Assembly: GCA_046563655.1 (NCBI GenBank)
Contig: CM102287.1
Location: 5,146,001 to 5,210,000 of the forward strand
DNA from: Yuukianura sp. NJ FZ-2021
Taxonomy: Eukaryota
Length of the DNA: 64,000 bases
Direction of reading: 5' to 3'
A program made the position numbers and the translations under genes. A model generated the notes under the pieces. The model was not told where the DNA came from, did not search any database, and worked only from the letters and a program-made list of their open reading frames with translations. Positions 24,401-36,400 of the stretch are shown here, piece by piece (within the stretch, counting starts at the first letter, position 1; each line of letters begins with the position of its first letter).

Positions 24401-27400
24401 CAAACCACCCTGTTATCGAGTATTTTGTTTTTGCCTTATTCAGACAAAATTTCTTGGCCCCGCCGTCCACTCTTCCGTACAAGCTAAAGAATAAAAAACG
24501 CAAAAGCAATCCAACCCAATTTGGACAAAGTACCATGGCCTTAAAAATTCTAGGAAATAAGGCAATGTTTAAAAATTTAACTTTTTGTACTCACACTGAC
24601 CTAAATATTCAATTGACCTTTGAGGTTTGCCTTTCCAGCGGAACGGCTTCTTTATAGAATGCGGTGCTTTAGATGGAGAACGTTTATCCAATACTTTGTT
24701 TCTGGAAAGAAACTACGGTTGGACTGGAATTTTAGTTGAAGCTGAACCAAACAACTATAAAAGGTTGGTTTCAAAACACCGCAAGGCCTGGACATCACAC
24801 TCGTGCATGTCTCCAAAAGAAACTGCAGAGAAAGTAAGTGGAAACGGATCTCTTTTTCCAGAAATCCAGTTAGCGGCAACTTTTTTTTAAAAATGTTTTG
24901 CAGTTGACTCTAGTTGGAATCGACTACGGCTCTAAATCTGGCGGATTGACATTGATGAACAACTCGATTCCGCTGAAGAAGTTTGGGGGCTATGTTAATT
25001 CTAAACGTAAACCAGTAGAAGTACAATGCTTTCCACTTTATACCTATCTGTTGGCACTCGGTAGAACGGAAGTGGATTACTTTAGTCTGGACGTAGAAGG
25101 AGCCGATTTTGAAATTCTAAAGACAATTCCATTCGACAAAGTCATTTTCAAGGTAAAATTTTGGTTTTAGTTTTTTGACCTTCTAAAAAGTAACAAATTT
25201 TGAAAAATTTCTTTTGCTGCGTAGGTTCTGGAAGTAGAAGTTGCATGGGTGAACGAAGGGAAGCAAGCAGTGAGGACATTTTTAGAACAACATGGCTACG
25301 TTTTTGTAAAAGAAGTAGCGGTAGATTACATTTTTGTACACAATTCAGTAAAATTGCCAGTCGGTTTAGTACTTTAGTCCTCGAGACTGAAAATTCTCTA
25401 TTCGTTATTAAAACTTTCTTTTTTGAATTATAAAACTCAATGTAAATAATTCAAAACAGGGACTATGAAAGGTGTCCGATGGTCCTTATGCATTATAATG
25501 GGGGGTATTGTACTTTAAATGCGTAGTGTAAATGCCGGTGTATTTTGGGTGCATGAACTGCGTCAAAATCATGCTCCAGTTCCCAAAATTGTTCATAACT
25601 GTGCGTAATCGACAAAAAACAACGTTGGAGAAACCACATTTGAGGCGAAATGCCTCTGCTAAGCAGGACGTGACATGACACTTCAAAATTTCACAAATGG
25701 TTTGGGATTATAGTTTTATTTTTAATGTTTGACCCTTTGTTTACTGTGAACAAATTGTGTTGCTAATAGCAATTTCGATAACTGAACACAAATGTACGGA
25801 TCCAATCGAACAGCATAAAAGTTGTTTCTATTCCTCATCTGAAGTTGAGTCTAATGGTGAATCCCTTCCAATTTCAATGATAATGTGCTTCCTAATTCTT
25901 ACAATTATTTACTTTTAGGGCATCCAAGTTCGGACACTTTTCAACAAGTTCGAACTTCGAACTCAAAGCACTTTGCTGTCACTTAAACTCCGCGTATTTC
26001 CTGCTTTTCTTTTTACATTCCGGATCACTCTCGGCGACATTTAGAACGTACATTCGGTCTCCTTGCAGTTTGCCACCGCCACAAAAACTAATTTGTATAA
26101 AAAAAAATTGTATCTCCACGAATGAATATTTCCAGACTTTAAATTAATTGAATGGGTCCTTAAAATTTTGCCACCTTGTAATCCAGATTTTTTTTAATCC
26201 AGATATAATGTATGTGGAGATATTTTTAGCGCAAATAATTCTATCCTGGGTTGCTGGAGATATTATTTTATAATTAAATATAATTACGGCAACAAAAATT
26301 CCGTTTCATTTCCCCTGTAACTGAATTTTGAATGGAAAAAGAAAATCAACAAAGGGTCAAACATTAAAAATTGAACTATAAGTACCGCAATTAACGGGCA
26401 CTTCATTTTACCATGCATGAGTGAAATATAGCAGTTAATTCTAACAATTGTAGTTTCTAGATATAAAAACTGCACCTACCGACTCCGGACTTCACTTTAA
26501 TAAAGTGTTCAGTAAGGTAACATTTTTCTTTAAAATTTCAATAAGAACGAAAACCGCAAGTGAACTCCTTGAACCAATTTCTTAACGTTATATAAAAGTC
26601 GAAATTTAAATTGACTCATTGGTACCTTGGAAAAGAAAAATTTCAGATTTCATATTCACGTTTCGGTTCATTGCTGATTGTTTAGTCGGCTGCTTTGCAC
26701 TTGCTATATTTCTGGAGTAACTACGGAACATGCCCATGCCCTTTCACCTATGCACATCCCATCTTATTTATTCTAATAGTTAATGATCTATTAGACGCTA
26801 CCAACAGTGTTCAGAAAGTGTTCAAAAATGGTCCAAAAATCGTCTACGAGCTTCAAATTACGTGTATTGCTCGTCGGTTTCATTCTGTTTTTGGTCACCC
26901 GCTACTTATTTAATATTTTGTGCAAAAATGGTGCACGCTGCACCGATCTCAGCAAATTTTCACAAGATGACCCTGAACTTGTAGAGTGTTTGAAGTAAGA
27001 TTTGTTCAAATTGCTAACTTTGGTAAAAATTTCTTCAAAAAGTACAGTATTAATTGTTATTTCTTTATTTTTGACTCATTTAGACAAAATTTCTTGACTC
27101 TGCCGTCCACTCTGCCGTACAACCTAGAGAATCCAAATCCCGAAAGCAATCCGACGCAATTCGGACAGAGTAGCATGGCCTTAAAAATTCTAGACTATAA
27201 GGCAAGGTTTAGAAATTTAACTTTTTGTGATCATTTGACTTGAGGAGTCAATTGACCTTTGACATTTGTTTTTTCAGAGGAATGGCTTCTTCATTGAATG
27301 TGGAGCCTTAGATGGAGAACTTTACTCCAATACTTTGTTTCTGGAAAGAAACTACGGTTGGACCGGACTTTTAGTTGAAGCTGAACCAAACAACTACAAA

Positions 27401-30400
27401 AACTTGTCTTCAAAACACCGCAAGGCTTGGACATCACATTCGTGCCTTTCTCCAAAAGAAACGGCAGAGAAAGTAAGTGAAAACAGATTCCTTTTCCCAG
27501 AAATCCATTTAACGACATCAGTTTCTTCAAATGTTTTGCAGTTAACTCTAGTTGGAATCGAGTACAGTTCTAAATCTGGCGGATTAACATTGATGAAGAA
27601 CTCAGTTCCGCTGAAGAAGTTTGGGGGCTATGTTAATTCTAAACGTAAACCAGTAGAAGTACAATGCTTTCCACTTTATACCTATCTGTTGGCACTCGGT
27701 CGAACGGAAGTGGACTACTTTAGTCTGGACGTAGAAGGAGCCGATTTTGAAATTCTAAAGACAATTCCATTCGACAAAGTCATTTTCAAGGTAAAATTTT
27801 GTTTTAGTTTTTTGAGCTTCTCAAAAAATGACAAATTTTAAAAAATTTCTTTGCTGCGCAGGTTCTCGAAGTTGAAGTTGCATGGGTGAACGAAGGGAAG
27901 CAAGCAGTGAGGACATTTTTAGAACAACATGGCTACGTTTTTGTAAAAGAAGTAGCGGTAGACTACATTTTTGTACACAGTTCAGTAAAATTGCCAGCCG
28001 GTTTCGTACTCTAGTCGAACCGGTTTCGAGACTCAAAGATCTCTGTTCGTTATTGAAACTTTCTTTTTTTGTATTATAAAACTCAATGTAAATAATTCAA
28101 AACAGGGACTATGAAAGGCGTCCGATGGTCCTTTTGCATTATAACGGCGGGTATTTTACTTCAAATGCGTAGTGTAAATTTGCCGGCGTATGTTGGGTGC
28201 ATGAACTGCGTCAAATCATGCTTCAGTTGCCAAAATTGTTCATTACTGTGCATAATCAATTGACAAAAAAACAACATTGCAGAAAACGCATTTGAGTCGA
28301 AACGCCTCTTTGCTAAGCAGGACGTGACATGACACATGTAAAAATTTTACAAATGGTTTGGGATTAAGTACCGCAATTAACGGGCACTTCATTTTACCAT
28401 GCATGAGTGAAATATAGCAGTTAATTCTAACAATTGTAGTTTCTAGACATAAAAACTGCACCTACCGACTCCGGAATTCACTTAAATGATGTAAGTGTAC
28501 AATATAAGGTAACATTTTTCTTTAAGATTTCAATAAGAACGAAAACGTAAGTGAACTCCTTGAACCAATTTCTTAACGTTATAAAAAGTCGAAATTTTAA
28601 TTGACTCATTGTTACCTTGGAAAAGAAAAATTTCACATTTCATGTTTACGTTCTGGTTCATTGTTTACGACGGCTGCTTTGCATTTGCTACATTTCTGGA
28701 GTAACTACTGAACATGACCTTTGACCTACGCACATCTCATCTTATTCATTCTAATATTTAGTACTACTCAGGGTTGGTAGAGGATAGGGTTAACCGTTCC
28801 GGAGGCTTTTTGAAAAAAACAAACTTTTTGAGCTGGTTGAATTTTTTCAACCAGCTTTGTTTGTCGTAGAAACAATTTTAAATAAATTAATTTTTAGTAC
28901 AGTGCGTTTCTTAAAATCCTTGAGGATTAATTTGCTACAATTAAAAGTAAGTGTGTGAACAACATATTGAAAACTGAAAACTCTGAGGTCACCGAGTGAA
29001 CTTATGACAGACAGCCCAATGCAAGTAATATTTTGTTGGAAATGGCTTGATAAGCTGATTCGGAACAGAATTTATAAAAGAATTTCTGGAAGAATTGGTA
29101 ATTTCAAAAAGGATAAACTGCGCAGTTTGTGCGCATTTTATGCGAAGTTTAGAATTTATTTTGGCTTTGACCTTTGACCGGGGAGGTCAAATGTCAAATG
29201 ACCAGGGGAGTTCGAGCTATCCCGTCAGGCACTACCATCTCCCAAAGGAGATGTCCCAAAACCCTGTCGAAACGGTACCCGGTGCTATTCGAATGAAATG
29301 TTAACCAGTTGTTAGAGTCAATGTTGGGGTCATATTTGCAAATTTTCAGCCCCCTAGAAACGATAGGTCACGGGTCACGGGGGTCGAAGGTCACCATGTC
29401 ATCCTATGACGACCCCATGCAAGTAGCATATCGTTGGAAAAGTCTCGATCCACTGATTCAGAAAATGTATACATGTCAATATTGATGACGTAAGACAACG
29501 AAGTTATGGCGCCGGAAATTCGAAATCGCTAGTCCAACCGCTTCCGAATTTTGACTTCCTTTGACCCCGAGTAACCCGTGACCTATCGTTTCTAGGAGGC
29601 TGAAAATTTGCAAATATTACCCCAACATTGACCCTAACAACTGGTTAAAATTTCATTCGAATAGCACCGGGTACCGTTTTGATAGGGTTTTGGCTCATCT
29701 CCTTTTCATTCGAATCAAAAAAATTAAGGGGAAACGCAAATTGTCGATTTCACAAATATGCTCCGACTTACTTAAGTTCATTTCGTAATTCATCGCTTAT
29801 GAAGATTCGCTCTGTATATTGAAATTCAAAATTCAAAATCGTCTTAGCAACAGATTCAGTTAGCTGATTGAAGTCAGCCAGCTCAAAAAGTTTGTTTTTT
29901 TCAAAAAGCCTCCGGAACGGTTAACCCTATCCTCTACCAACCCTGGTACTACTGAAGATCTAGACGCTACCAACGGTGTTCAGAAAGTGCTCAGAAAATG
30001 GTCCAAAAATCTTCTACCAGCTTCAAATTGCGTGTATTGTTCGTGGGTGTCATTCTGTTTTTGGTCACCTTCTACTTATTTCCTACTTTGAGCCAAAACG
30101 GTGAACGCTGCGCCGATCTCACCAAATTTTCACAAGATGACCCTCAACTTGTAGAGTATTTGAAGTAAGATTTGTTCAAATTGCTAACTTTGAAAAAATT
30201 TCTTCAAAAAGTACAGTACTAATTGTTATTTCTTTATTTTTGACTCATTTAGACAAAATTTCCTGACTCTACCGTCCACTCTACCATACAACCTAGAGAA
30301 TCCAAATCCCGAGAACAATCCGACCCAATTCGGACAGAGTAGCATGGCCTTAAAAATTCTAGACTATAAGGCAAGGTTTAAAACTGAAATTTTTGTACTC

Positions 30401-33400
30401 AAAGTAACTTGAGGAGTCAGTTGACCTTTGACATTTGTTTTTTTAGAGGAATGGCTTCTTCATTGAATGTGGAGCCTTAGATGGAGAACTTTATTCCAAT
30501 ACTTTGTTTCTGGAAAGACAGTACGGTTGGACCGGACTTTTAGTTGAAGCTGAACCAAACAACTACAAAAACTTGTCTTCAAAACACCGCAAGGCTTGGA
30601 CATCACATTCGTGCCTTTCTCCAAAAGAAACGGCAGAGAAAGTAAGTGAAAACAGATTTCTTTTCCCATAAATCCATTTAACGACATCAGTTTTTTCAAC
30701 TGTTTTGTAGTTAACTCTAGTTGGAATCGAGTACTACCAGTCAAAATCTGGTGGATTGACATTGATGAAGAACTCAGTTCCGCTGCAGAAGTTTGGGGGC
30801 TATGTTAATTCTAAACGTAAACCAGTAGAAGTACAATGCTTTCCACTTTATACCTATTTGTTGGCACTCGGTCGAACGGAAGTGGACTACTTTAGTCTGG
30901 ACGTAGAAGGAGCCGATTTTGAAATCCTAAAGACAATTCCATTCGACAAAGTCATTTTCAAGGTAAAATTTTAGTTTTAGTTTTTTGACCTTCTAAAAAG
31001 TTACAAATTTTGAAAAATTTCTTTGCTGCGTAGGTTCTGGAAGTAGAAGTTGCATGGGTGAACGAAGGGAAGCAAGCAGTGAAGACATTTTTAGAACAGC
31101 ATGGCTATGTGTTTCTAAAGCAAGTAGCGGTGGACTACATTTTTGTACACAATTCGGTAAAGTTACCAACCGGACTCGTCCTCTAGTTTAACTTATTTTC
31201 ACAAAGAAATGTAAAAACGTCCGAAAAAGTTTGCCCACTGCCATAGCAACTAAACACTAACTCAGTTTGTTACGTTATTACAAAAAAAAAATAAAATAAA
31301 AAATAAAATCTCAAATTCCACAGTTTTGAACAAATTCCGTTACACGGTCCATCGCTTCATCTTTACGGGTTTTGGATTTTGGGTTGCTGAGTTACTACAG
31401 GGCAGAGAAAGTTAGATTTTGACAAAAATTTTGGACAAAAAGTGTCCAAAATGATGCAAAGGCCTTCCACTGCCTACAAACTGCGTATAGTGTTCATCGT
31501 TCTCATGCTGTTCCTGACCTGCCGCTACATATTTTTCGTTAGTAAGACTAAAAACGACGATATCGAAACGCGGAAACATTTGTACTATAATTCTCATCTC
31601 CCATGCACCGATCTCAGCAAATTTCCACAAGACCATCCCCAACTTGTGGCCTGTCTCGCGTAAGTTTTCAGTTTCAGAAAAACATTGTCAAAACTAGTTT
31701 GTATTTGTGGCATTTTTAGCCAAGATTTCTTGCGTCCGCCGTCGAATGAACCATACGACCTGGACGATCCAAATCCAGAAAGCAATCCATCACAATATGG
31801 ACAAAATCTCATGGCCTTGAAAATTCTCGGGAATAAGGTGAATGGAACTTACAAACATATATTCAACTGACCTGAGCAGAAAAATGACCTTTGACCTTCA
31901 CGTTTTCAGCGAAATGGTTTCTTCATTGAATGTGGAGCTTTAAATGGAGAATTTTTGTCTAATACTTTATTTCTGGAAAGAAACTACGGTTGGACCGGAC
32001 TTTTAGTTGAAGCTGAACCTAACAACTATAAAAGCTTGTCTTCAAAACACCGCAAGGCCTGGACATCACATTCGTGCCTTTCTCCAAAAGAGACGGCAGA
32101 GAAGGTAAGTGGAAACGGATTCCTTTTCCCAGAAATCCAGTTAGTGACAACTTTTTTAAAAAAAAAATTTCCAGTTAACTCTAGTTGGAATCGACTACGG
32201 TTCTAAATCTGGTGGATTGACATTGATGAACAACTCAGTTCCACTGAAGAAGTTTGGGGGCTATGTTAATTCTAAACGTAAACCAGTAGAAGTACAATGC
32301 TTTCCACTTTATACCTATCTGTTGGCACTCGGTCGAACGGAAGTGGACTACTTTAGTCTGGACGTAGAAGGAGCCGATTTTGAAATTCTAAAGACAATTC
32401 CATTCGACAAAGTCATTTTCAAGGTAAAATTTTGGTTTTAGTTTTTTGACCTTCTAAAACATGACAAATTTTAAAAAATTTCTTTGCTGCGTAGGTTCTG
32501 GAAGTAGAAGTTGCATGGGTGAACGAAGGGAAGGAAGCAGTGAAGACATTTTTAGAACAACATGGCTATATTTTTCTAAAAGAAGTTGCAGTAGACTACA
32601 TTTTTGTACACAATTCAGTAAAGTTACCAACTGGATTCGTCCTCTAGTCTAACTTTGACAAAGAACTGTAAAAAAGAAGTAAAAACGTCCGAAAAAAGGG
32701 AAGATCTAATGATTTGAAATTAAATGTTTTGCAGTTAACTTTAGTTGGAATGCATTACGTTCTGAATTTTCCTGCACTGACACCGAATAACTCGATTCCG
32801 CTTCGTCGTCAGTATCTTGGCTATGTCAATTCCGACCATAAACAGATAGATGTCCAGTATTTCCGCTTTATACGTATCTTCTAGCACTACGTCGATCGGA
32901 AGTGGACTACTTGTGTCTTGACGTGAAGGATGCCGATTTCCAAATTTTGAAAACCATTCCGTTCGACAAAGTCATTTTCAAGGTAAATTCAAACCTTTGT
33001 TTAAATTTTATGAACTTTTTAGAAGAAAATATCAAAATTTTGAAAACTTGTTTTTCTTGTCAGGTTGTACAAGTGGAAGTTGCTTGGCTGAATGAAGGCA
33101 AGGAAGCATTGCGGAAGTTTTTAGAAGAACGTGGATACGTTTTTCTAACAAAAGTTGCAGGTTTAGATTAGATGTTTGTGCACAATTCCGTAAAGGTGCC
33201 AGACGGTTTTGCACTTTAGTCAAAGTACATTTAGTTTTAGAATATTCAGGGCAAAAATTATGCCAAAAAACTACTAATGGTACAAACTTTTTCAATTTTT
33301 TAAAAAACATTTCCAAAAACACAAGTTTTTTTTTTAAAGAAAGGAGTAATGTCTTCCAGCTGCTGCTGTGCTACAAATGGAAATCAATGCAAAATCACGA

Positions 33401-36400
33401 TTTGGAAATATCGAGATCGTGATTCGGATAGCTTTTATAGAATTTTCTGGACTCCTGCCAAAATCCGTCGTGTTCTTGTTCGTGTTGACACTACTAATTG
33501 AAACACTTTCCATTTCTAGTATTTGCCAATCAATTAATTCCGTGAACATTTTCAACCTAAAAGCCTCCCCCCTCATTGAACTGAGAAAGAAAGCGCTTAA
33601 AGTCTTTACGTTTTGTGACCCAGCATTAGGTTCAACCACTTAGATCAGCACAATTTCTGTTCAAATACAAATTCAGTCTCAGTACCTTCCTAAAAGCACT
33701 AACCACCACACCCAATCCTAACACCGCTTCCAGAAAGTACAAAATATTTTTGCTATGTACGCTTATGCTAGTATATCACTACCATCAGTTGGTAACCACC
33801 ACGTGGTTACAAAAGTAAACTTTTGCCGTACTTCAACCCAGTTCTTCTACTAAGACACTCATGTTTTTCGAAAATGATTTTTTCTTCTTCTCTGAAGCTT
33901 CAGTACTCTCGTTAGTGTTTCAACGCACGAAATTTTTTTAGAATTTGTTATGTTTTAATTTTCAAAAATGCTGGATTTCAATTTTTGAAAGTCCTCACGA
34001 GAGCACTTACTATTCTGAACTGGATTTCGGGATTTCCATTGAGAAATGGAACAGCAATAGCCTTCACAAGGGTATTTGAGGTTGAGTGTTGATGTTGAGG
34101 CGTAAGATCAATACCACGAGTCTCGTAATATTACAAGTGAAAGTACAGATAGAAAGTACTTGAGCAATATTTGAAATAGATTGAGTTTCAGTCCAAGAAA
34201 ACATTTTTAAAAAGAGAAGGAAGGAACTATGCCTAGGAAATATCGAACCATTATTCAGTTCTTTTCTTTAGAAATATTTCAAAACTGCATCCATATCACC
34301 AACCTCCACCATTTTTCAAAGTATCCATCCACGCTTTTCATCATCAAAAGAGAAAAACAGCATCCACGGTGTGGTTTCAATTGTAAACCAAACAAAATAG
34401 AAAACAGACAACGAGAAATAGTACTTCCTGTGCTTATGAAAAGTGAAAACGAAATTTGAAAAGGAAAGGATGTTCCATGTGTATAGTAATGGACCACAAT
34501 AACCGTCTGCTTGTCACATCTCCAACTTCTATTCAGAGACGCCTCAAGGAATCGATTTCCAGGAACCTAGGAATTCCTTCGCTATTTCTATAAATCCTGT
34601 ACCCTACTTTCTCCTGGAGTGTTCTGGTTATTATTCTGGTTAGACTGGAATTGTTATCCTGCTTCCATGGACAAACGACTCAATTTCAAATGATGGCTCT
34701 CTCGACGAGGATCTTCCAGTTTTCAAACACGTTTGGTTCAGTTGAGCTTTTCAAAATCATTTCTGGACAAGATGGTTCAACGGCAAGAGTGTTTTGGACA
34801 AACTCGAGTTTTAACGTGGACGATAGTTTGAGTAGCTGAGGCGTTTTTTAGCTTAGGTTTCAGTACAGCCTTTAAGGGCAAGATGAAAGGACAAGTGAAG
34901 ATCGTTGAAATAATTGTCACCTAACTGAAAGATTTCAAGATCTAAACTGACTTTTAGTCTAAAGTACAAACCAGTTTTGCCGTTTACAGAAAGCCACCAC
35001 ATACGGCGTGTCAAAATTTTGTGTGAGTTCTGTGCCAGTAGGTTACATTTTAAAATGTTGTTGTGAAACAGTCAGTTTTCCATAATAACGAAAGTTCATT
35101 TGAGTTCATAGTCAAATTGTCATTGCTAAAAATAGATCATTGTTAGACTTTTCTTAACAAACACAACGTGCGTACAACTTCTCTTTTGTTGTAATTAGAG
35201 CTTTTGTCTACAACTTGTCTTTTGTTGTAATTAGACGTTAAGCCTACAAATGATTTCCATACATACAAAGTAGGGTAGAATTCGACTTTGTTTTACTCCG
35301 CTGGTTTCCGGCTGAGACCCTATAAAAAGGGCTCAGTCCGGCCAGCAAGATTCATTCTGTTTTCTGCTCTTGACCTCTGGTCAATAGGACTTAGTGTCCT
35401 AACTCTCATGCCTTGTCACAAACTTTGTCCGTTGAATAAAGTTCATTAACCTTTCATTATTGCAAAACTGCAAAGAACAATAGTAGTGGAAGATTTGTTT
35501 CTTTTATTTAACCATTTCACTACATTTGGTGGCACGAGCTGCTGAAACCTATGGCTTCCACAGGAAGCGAAAATGCTCAAACAATGACCTCTGGGTCAAC
35601 GCATGCGTTGCCCAGAGTTAATGACCTTAAGGCGGTGGTCCGTTCTGTGCCTCTATTCGATGGCAAATCGAACGTTGACCTGTTGACCCTGAGGTTGGAT
35701 GCCCTATTGGCGTCAGGTGCTTTGGACAGCGTTACGCTGATCCTAAACTTCCATCAATTAATGGAAGGGGAAGCACAGGAATGGTGGCGCTGGTCACAGG
35801 CCAAGTTCATTCGTGACTTGACCTTGGCCAATGCAGCCACAAGATGGACAGAGCTCAAAGCTGAGCTCCGATCTTTTTATGACCCCGATGAGGTCAAATT
35901 AGAAATGAAGAAAAAATTAAAGGGAATTCTTCTTGTTAACTGCGACACTCCATCTGAGTATGTCGCCAAACGACTGTCATGTCTGTCGGTCATTGACCCC
36001 AACATGTCAGCCGAAAAACAAGTTGAAAAGCTGATTAAGGGCTTACCAGTTTCCATGAGAAACATGATGACCCTTGTTGACCCTAAGTCACCTGCCGAAT
36101 TTTTGCAAAAACTAAGAAAATGCGAAAAACCTACGTTTCAAGACAGACGAGGTCAATTCCAAAATTCAAATTCAGGTAGTTCCAGTTCTGGAACACAAAA
36201 ATCTAAACCAAATTCAAATTCCAGTGATGGGAAGGAAACACCTTCAACTTCAGACACTGATTTGAATAAAAATTCAAATCAGCATTTCAAAAAACGAAAA
36301 TTTTGCACATTTTGCAAAAAGCCAGGTCATACATTGGATGACTGCTGGCACAAAAACAAAACCAAATCGGGAAGTGCTTCTTTCTCCTCAGCAGTTTTAC

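Noticed and set aside
33334..34839. Short ORFs between the FkbM relic and the Gypsy element
   Set aside because: No homology cues or phase-compatible exons.
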